A program made the position numbers and the translations under genes. A stretch of DNA of 64,000 nt from Perkinsus chesapeaki ATCC PRA-425 (lineage: Eukaryota; Protista; Perkinsozoa), in assembly GCA_013115145.1 (NCBI GenBank), contig JAAPAO010000127.1, positions 1 to 64,000 of the forward strand. The letters are read 5' to 3'. Below the pieces are notes generated by a model. The model had not been told where the DNA came from. It ran no database searches and saw only the letters and a program-made list of their open reading frames with translations. Positions within the stretch are counted from its first letter, which is position 1; each line of letters begins with the position of its first letter. Of the stretch, positions 59,651 to 64,000 are shown in pieces.

Positions 59651-60467
59651 GGTATAATAGTATATGCTACCACTACTAAATAGACTGGATTTGAGGCTTT
59701 GGAAACCTCAGAGAAGCATCAGGAAAATGCAGACAGGAATCAAAATATCTGATAAACTAATTATTTCAACGTTCAATTCTAGAAAAAAAAGCAAGCTTTA
59801 CTCTGAGTGTTACGATGTAGCAGATTGCTGACTCCGCTGGTATCCGTATCTATATTCTCTCGGGTGCGCTACTCTCTCGAGTGCGCGGATGCAAGAAGAT
59901 ATGCACATCATTGGACAGTTTCAGAGGAAGAATGTAACAGTGACGATCGGATGATGATTGATAATTGTGATAATTCGTCTACTCATTGATCATATTGTAT
60001 ATCTCTCAGTGGTTCTTTCTTCCTCTGATTCACTTGCCAACTCGGGTACAGCTCGAGTCCCTAATCCACACTATTACGGAGAGCGACCTTGAGTTGTTCA
60101 GTGACTCGGAGTACGAGGACTACGAATCAGCTAACGAGATGACTACAACGAATGACACTATTATTGATATGGTCCAAATCTACTACAACAGGTTCTATAG
60201 TTGGTACCAATAGTGTAAATAGTAGTATTGACGCTATTACGTCTTAAAGCGAGTAGTTACTCTTGATAATCTAGCATTGCATTTTACAGTAGCCTTTAGT
60301 CGTTCTTAATTCCCATAATACCCATACTACCGGCCTCCAGTCTCCTCGTAAGCCTCCTGTGTGAGTTGTTCAAGCCTATGCTTCTTAATTTCACCATTAC
60401 TCGTAGCGTTAGTACTACAGTATATTGTAGCTAGTAGTAACAATAGGAATCTATAAGGAACCATTTA

Positions 60468-60574
60468 CTAAACAAAGTAACTGTCAATAGTTGCCAATAG
60501 GTTCAATGACTTATTAGAGCCTCCTCTAAACAAAATAACTGTCAACAGCCGCCAATAGCTTCAATGACTTATTA
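60468..60574. repeat. Two-copy 58-bp tandem repeat
   Basis: ctaaacaaagtaactgtcaatagttgccaataggttcaatgacttatt vs ctaaacaaaataactgtcaacagccgccaatagcttcaatgacttatt. Confidence 0.8.
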
Positions 60575-60969
60575 TAACCGCTTCTTTCATTTAATATAGG
60601 CTTCCCCGGAACAAAACTGGATTCCGAGTCGGGTTGGTAGAGTGCTTTGAAATACCTGGTTACCTGATCTATACATTTTATTGAAAAAGATATGCATCAA
60701 TCGTGGCACGCGAAACATCGCGACATTTTTATCAACTACCTTAACAGCTAGAGCCCAATGATAAAAATACGATTGCATTAAGACCGGATTTGTGGATTAT
60801 TCGACATAGTAATACTATGAATGTATGACATTATAGTGTGAACGGTTTAAAGCAAACCGTCTACGTGAGAAAGGATCTTTCTTGCACTTTGCGCGAAATT
60901 GGCATTTAGGCGTCGAACCGGACAAATAAACGGTTACCAGTCTCCAGTAGTATTGTTATTCTCCATGTT

Positions 60970-61803
60970 ATGGTGACATTCTTTGACAAGTTCACAACAG
61001 TGATTGTCATTGGAGCTCTCGTTGCTCTCGCTCTACAAGGGTGCCCAACTAAGGCAGATCAGCAACCTCTATCAGACGTCTCGACTTGCTCCTGGGCTGG
61101 TAACAATGGTAACAGTATCGACCTGACCAAAAATGGGAATGTTTTCATGTTGAGCTCTTTCACATGTGGCAAGGAAACGCGGTGAGAAAAAATTTTGGTG
61201 ACTGAAAATTGTGCTACGTTAAAGTTTGAAACGAGTCACTCAACTTTAATTAGAGCATGTGCACTTTTTGGTCTAAAATTCGGAGAAAATGCGGACACGA
61301 TGGATGCGCACGAAGTTGCTCGTTGCTTTCTCGGTGAAGTATTCAATTTTAGAGTCCCGAAAATGGACGTCCTACGGTGCTCGTTCTAGTCGGATTTCTT
61401 CATTTGCTATTCCACTTCTCCAGTAGTCTCTGAGTGCATATAATTCGTGCACTTAGTTTTAAGAAAGTGTTCGGAAGGTACACTACACAGCACCTCAACC
61501 AGCACAGTAATATGGTGGCAGCGTTCACTGTGTCATCCGACGAGAAAACCGCTTCTAATTGCAAGGAGCTACTCAAAGTGGTTGCTAATAAACTCACCGA
61601 TGAGAAACAAAAAGCAGGCAAAAGCTCGTGGTTTGGTCATTCAAAACCTGTGCAGTGGCAGGATGTCTCGCAGACTCTCTGCCTTTTGGCCGAAACGCCG
61701 GGAACTGGTCACTTCCAAGCACCGTCCCTTAATCCATTACAGAGCCAGGCAGGCTTCGTTCAGCAACAGCATCAACAACAACAACAACAACAGCAACAAC
61801 AGC

Positions 61804-61835
<32 letters not shown>

Positions 61836-62156
61836 CTGCCCAGACAACAGGCGTCGGTCGCTCCGGCGCTTAACCAACCTCAACCAGCTCAGATTTACAC
61901 TGGTGCGCAGCAACCAATAGGTGTACAAGTACAGCAGCAGCAGCAGCACCAGCAAAGCGATGCTGCACCAGTTGACGGGGGGCAACCATCTAATCCAGTA
62001 ATAGCGGCGGCCCCATTCCAACCTGTTCAAAATCTTAACCAAGCACCACAAGCTCAAGAGCAGCCTGCAAATAGTGCAGCGACGCAACAGCAGCTAAACA
62101 CTGGAGTTGGTCAGCCTGTGATGGCGGTAGACGGTGGCCAAAGAGTCGGCGGATAA
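60970..62156 (+). CDS. Secreted Gln-rich protein (exons 60970-61181, 61457-62156)
   Basis: Signal peptide ending ..ALALQGC; GTGAG..CACTTAG intron joins CGKETR-FKKVFG in frame; polyQ tract and Q/P/A-rich tail. Confidence 0.75.
61761..61835 (+). repeat. CAA/CAG microsatellite encoding polyQ
   Basis: Seen directly. Confidence 0.95.
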
Positions 62157-62321
62157 GAAATGATTTATAACCATGTTCTTCATGTACCTGTGATGTTGTT
62201 GGTAAGATTCGATTGTCTCGTTGTTACAAGATAATAAACACTCTTAGCGAGTATCAGTTGGTCGAACAAGCGTTACGAGTTGTATCCGCAGCTATTGTTG
62301 GTTATACAACAGTCTAGCAAC

Positions 62322-63461
62322 ATGTCCCGAGAACCGGCACAGCCTTCGAATACATTCGATGAGGTATGCACCGTGTTTCCGAATCACCAGTTCTAAGGGA
62401 CTGTCGCTGTGTGGTCACAGTGTGATCGTCTACGTAGGAGAAGTGAGAAGCGTTCATCAGGTCAACCTTGAACGAGGTGCACGGGTTGACGGAGCTGAAA
62501 TAGACATTTTAAGGGCATACTTTTACAAAGTTGTAATAATTACAACTTGCACGACCCATAACCGAAGGCTCTTTCTAAATTATTACTTCTCCGATATCCC
62601 GCTTTTAGAGCTCCCAACACGGCGTGTGTTCCAGCGAGGACCTTCCTGGACTGATGCGTCGGTGCGGTTTCGCCCCGTCAAAGAAAATGTTAGTCGCGTA
62701 CCAAGTAAACGGGGAGCTGGCGTTACCTGATACAAGCCACCACCTTTGGGACTCACTGCCCACTTACGCGATATTATATTATTATTTGACAGGCTGTAGT
62801 AGATGGCACCTACAGTAGGTGACATACTGAATCCCATCGTCAACGGGCGTTTTGCAATGTCACTGATTGTGGCAAACCGGCTCTGGTGGGAAGGGACCTT
62901 TACCCTTCCCAGGAGGAAATCAAGGACGCGGGAGACTTGATGTCTTTCGGCACTTTCCTCGACTACTGTCGTCGGTGTCGCACGGATACGCCAAAGTACA
63001 GCCTGGATGAGCTGCTGGAATTCTGCAAATCACTGAGTAATGACGAGAAAGATGGTGTTCTACCAGTCAAAGTGATCAGGTAGGTATATCTTATAATCAT
63101 GTTGGGCATTATCCTGTTCCTTCGCCGGATGGGGATAGGCCAAGCGAATGTGAAAATTCAGTCCAACTAGCGGCGACTACCGAAGTTGGGAACAGCATTA
63201 ACAGAACGTGCTTACCAACTACGAGTTCTCCGGTTAGCAGGCCTTGTTACACTCCTTGACTTTATGATATTGAATTGAGATTACGGGTGGGCTGTCCCAG
63301 TATGGGGTCACGTCACTTTCAGGAATCTCCTGGGAAATGTCGGAGAGCCACTGGATGAAATCGAGCTAGAAAACTTCACCCGTGACTTTGCAGACAGCAG
63401 ATCGGACAGCGTGGACTGTGCGCATATGCTTAGACGTGAGCTTAGAGCATCGATCATTTAG
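62322..63461 (+). CDS. EF-hand calmodulin/myosin light chain-like protein (core 62886-63461; 5' exons uncertain)
   Basis: LYPSQEEIKDAGDLMSFGTFLDYC..YSLDELLEFCKSL..DGVLPVKVIR | NLLGNVGEPLDEIELENF is a typical light-chain EF-hand pattern. Confidence 0.7.
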
Positions 63462-64000
63462 GGGAATAGTTTCTCGCGTGAGGAGTAATTTCTTCGAGTA
63501 ATCTTCGACGAAAATATCTGTTCCTGTCCAATTCATCATTTGTGGAGCGAGGTTTGTTTCCAGATCTGCTACAACTCTATAGGCAAGTCACATGCGCTTG
63601 CTAAACCTATAATCCATTGTTTCAAGTCGGAAGGTTTGGAACGTATTTCTACGAGCCAGAATGATGCATGAGCGCAAATTGCGCTCATGCGGTGCGATGC
63701 GCAATGCGAGTGCTCCTATGCGCATTCGCTGGCTGGGATAGTGTGCCGATGTCGGTAGAAGAGTTGTGCACCGATTGTGCTTTATCCAGCCTGGATTGTG
63801 GGATCAACCGATGTTCACCGTTAAACTAGCGCTGTTGATTGCGTAATGAGAATTCATGTCTATATTCCTTAGTCACGAAATTTTGAAGAGCGGTTTCGCC
63901 CGGTTCAGAAGAATGGGCCATTCGAGGTCTGAGTCGAGAGTTTTGACCCGAAACCAGTTTTGAGCTTTTGTGAAAGCATGAGTGTCGATTTCGATTTATG

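Noticed and set aside
61447-62087. Poly-Asn and poly-Leu ORFs
   Set aside because: Alternative frames and antisense of the CAA microsatellite
1-64000. Spliced-leader RNA gene or SL relic (CCGTAGCCATYTTGGCTCAAG)
   Set aside because: No match found by eye on either strand
1-64000. CRISPR array or rRNA
   Set aside because: No regularly spaced repeat-spacer array or rRNA-like sequence; the hairpin repeats at 5590-5895 are only three degenerate copies

Overview
Eukaryotic, gene-dense protist DNA, most consistent with a Perkinsus-like alveolate. This is inferred from the many ~42-55 nt GT-AG introns, tandem gene duplicates and lineage-specific secreted proteins, not from a database match. Recognisable genes: two tandem V-ATPase c subunits, two tandem TIR-like multi-pass membrane proteins, a NOT2/3/5 subunit, a USP7-like MATH+USP deubiquitinase, a bacterial-type RimK-like ATP-grasp ligase, a BET1-like Qc-SNARE, an OST3/OST6 subunit, an EF-hand myosin-light-chain-like gene and several hypothetical genes. 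There is also a cluster of four small secreted-protein paralogues plus a remnant, and Bel/Pao-like and LINE remnants. The most striking unexplained structure is in the introns. At least nine short spliceosomal introns in five unrelated genes consist largely of a tRNA 3' end, with exact T-loop(7)+5+7 nt spacing, usually followed by a discriminator A and an oligo-T run, never CCA. They occur in both orientations and have different acceptor strands. Other introns share further recurrent modules (GCGGAGCGAAGCG, GTATCTT..AAGATAC hairpins, CGCACTGTGAAGATT hairpins), suggesting introns built or overwritten from tRNA-gene ends and small repeats. Exon boundaries were worked out by hand; gene ends marked approximate are uncertain.
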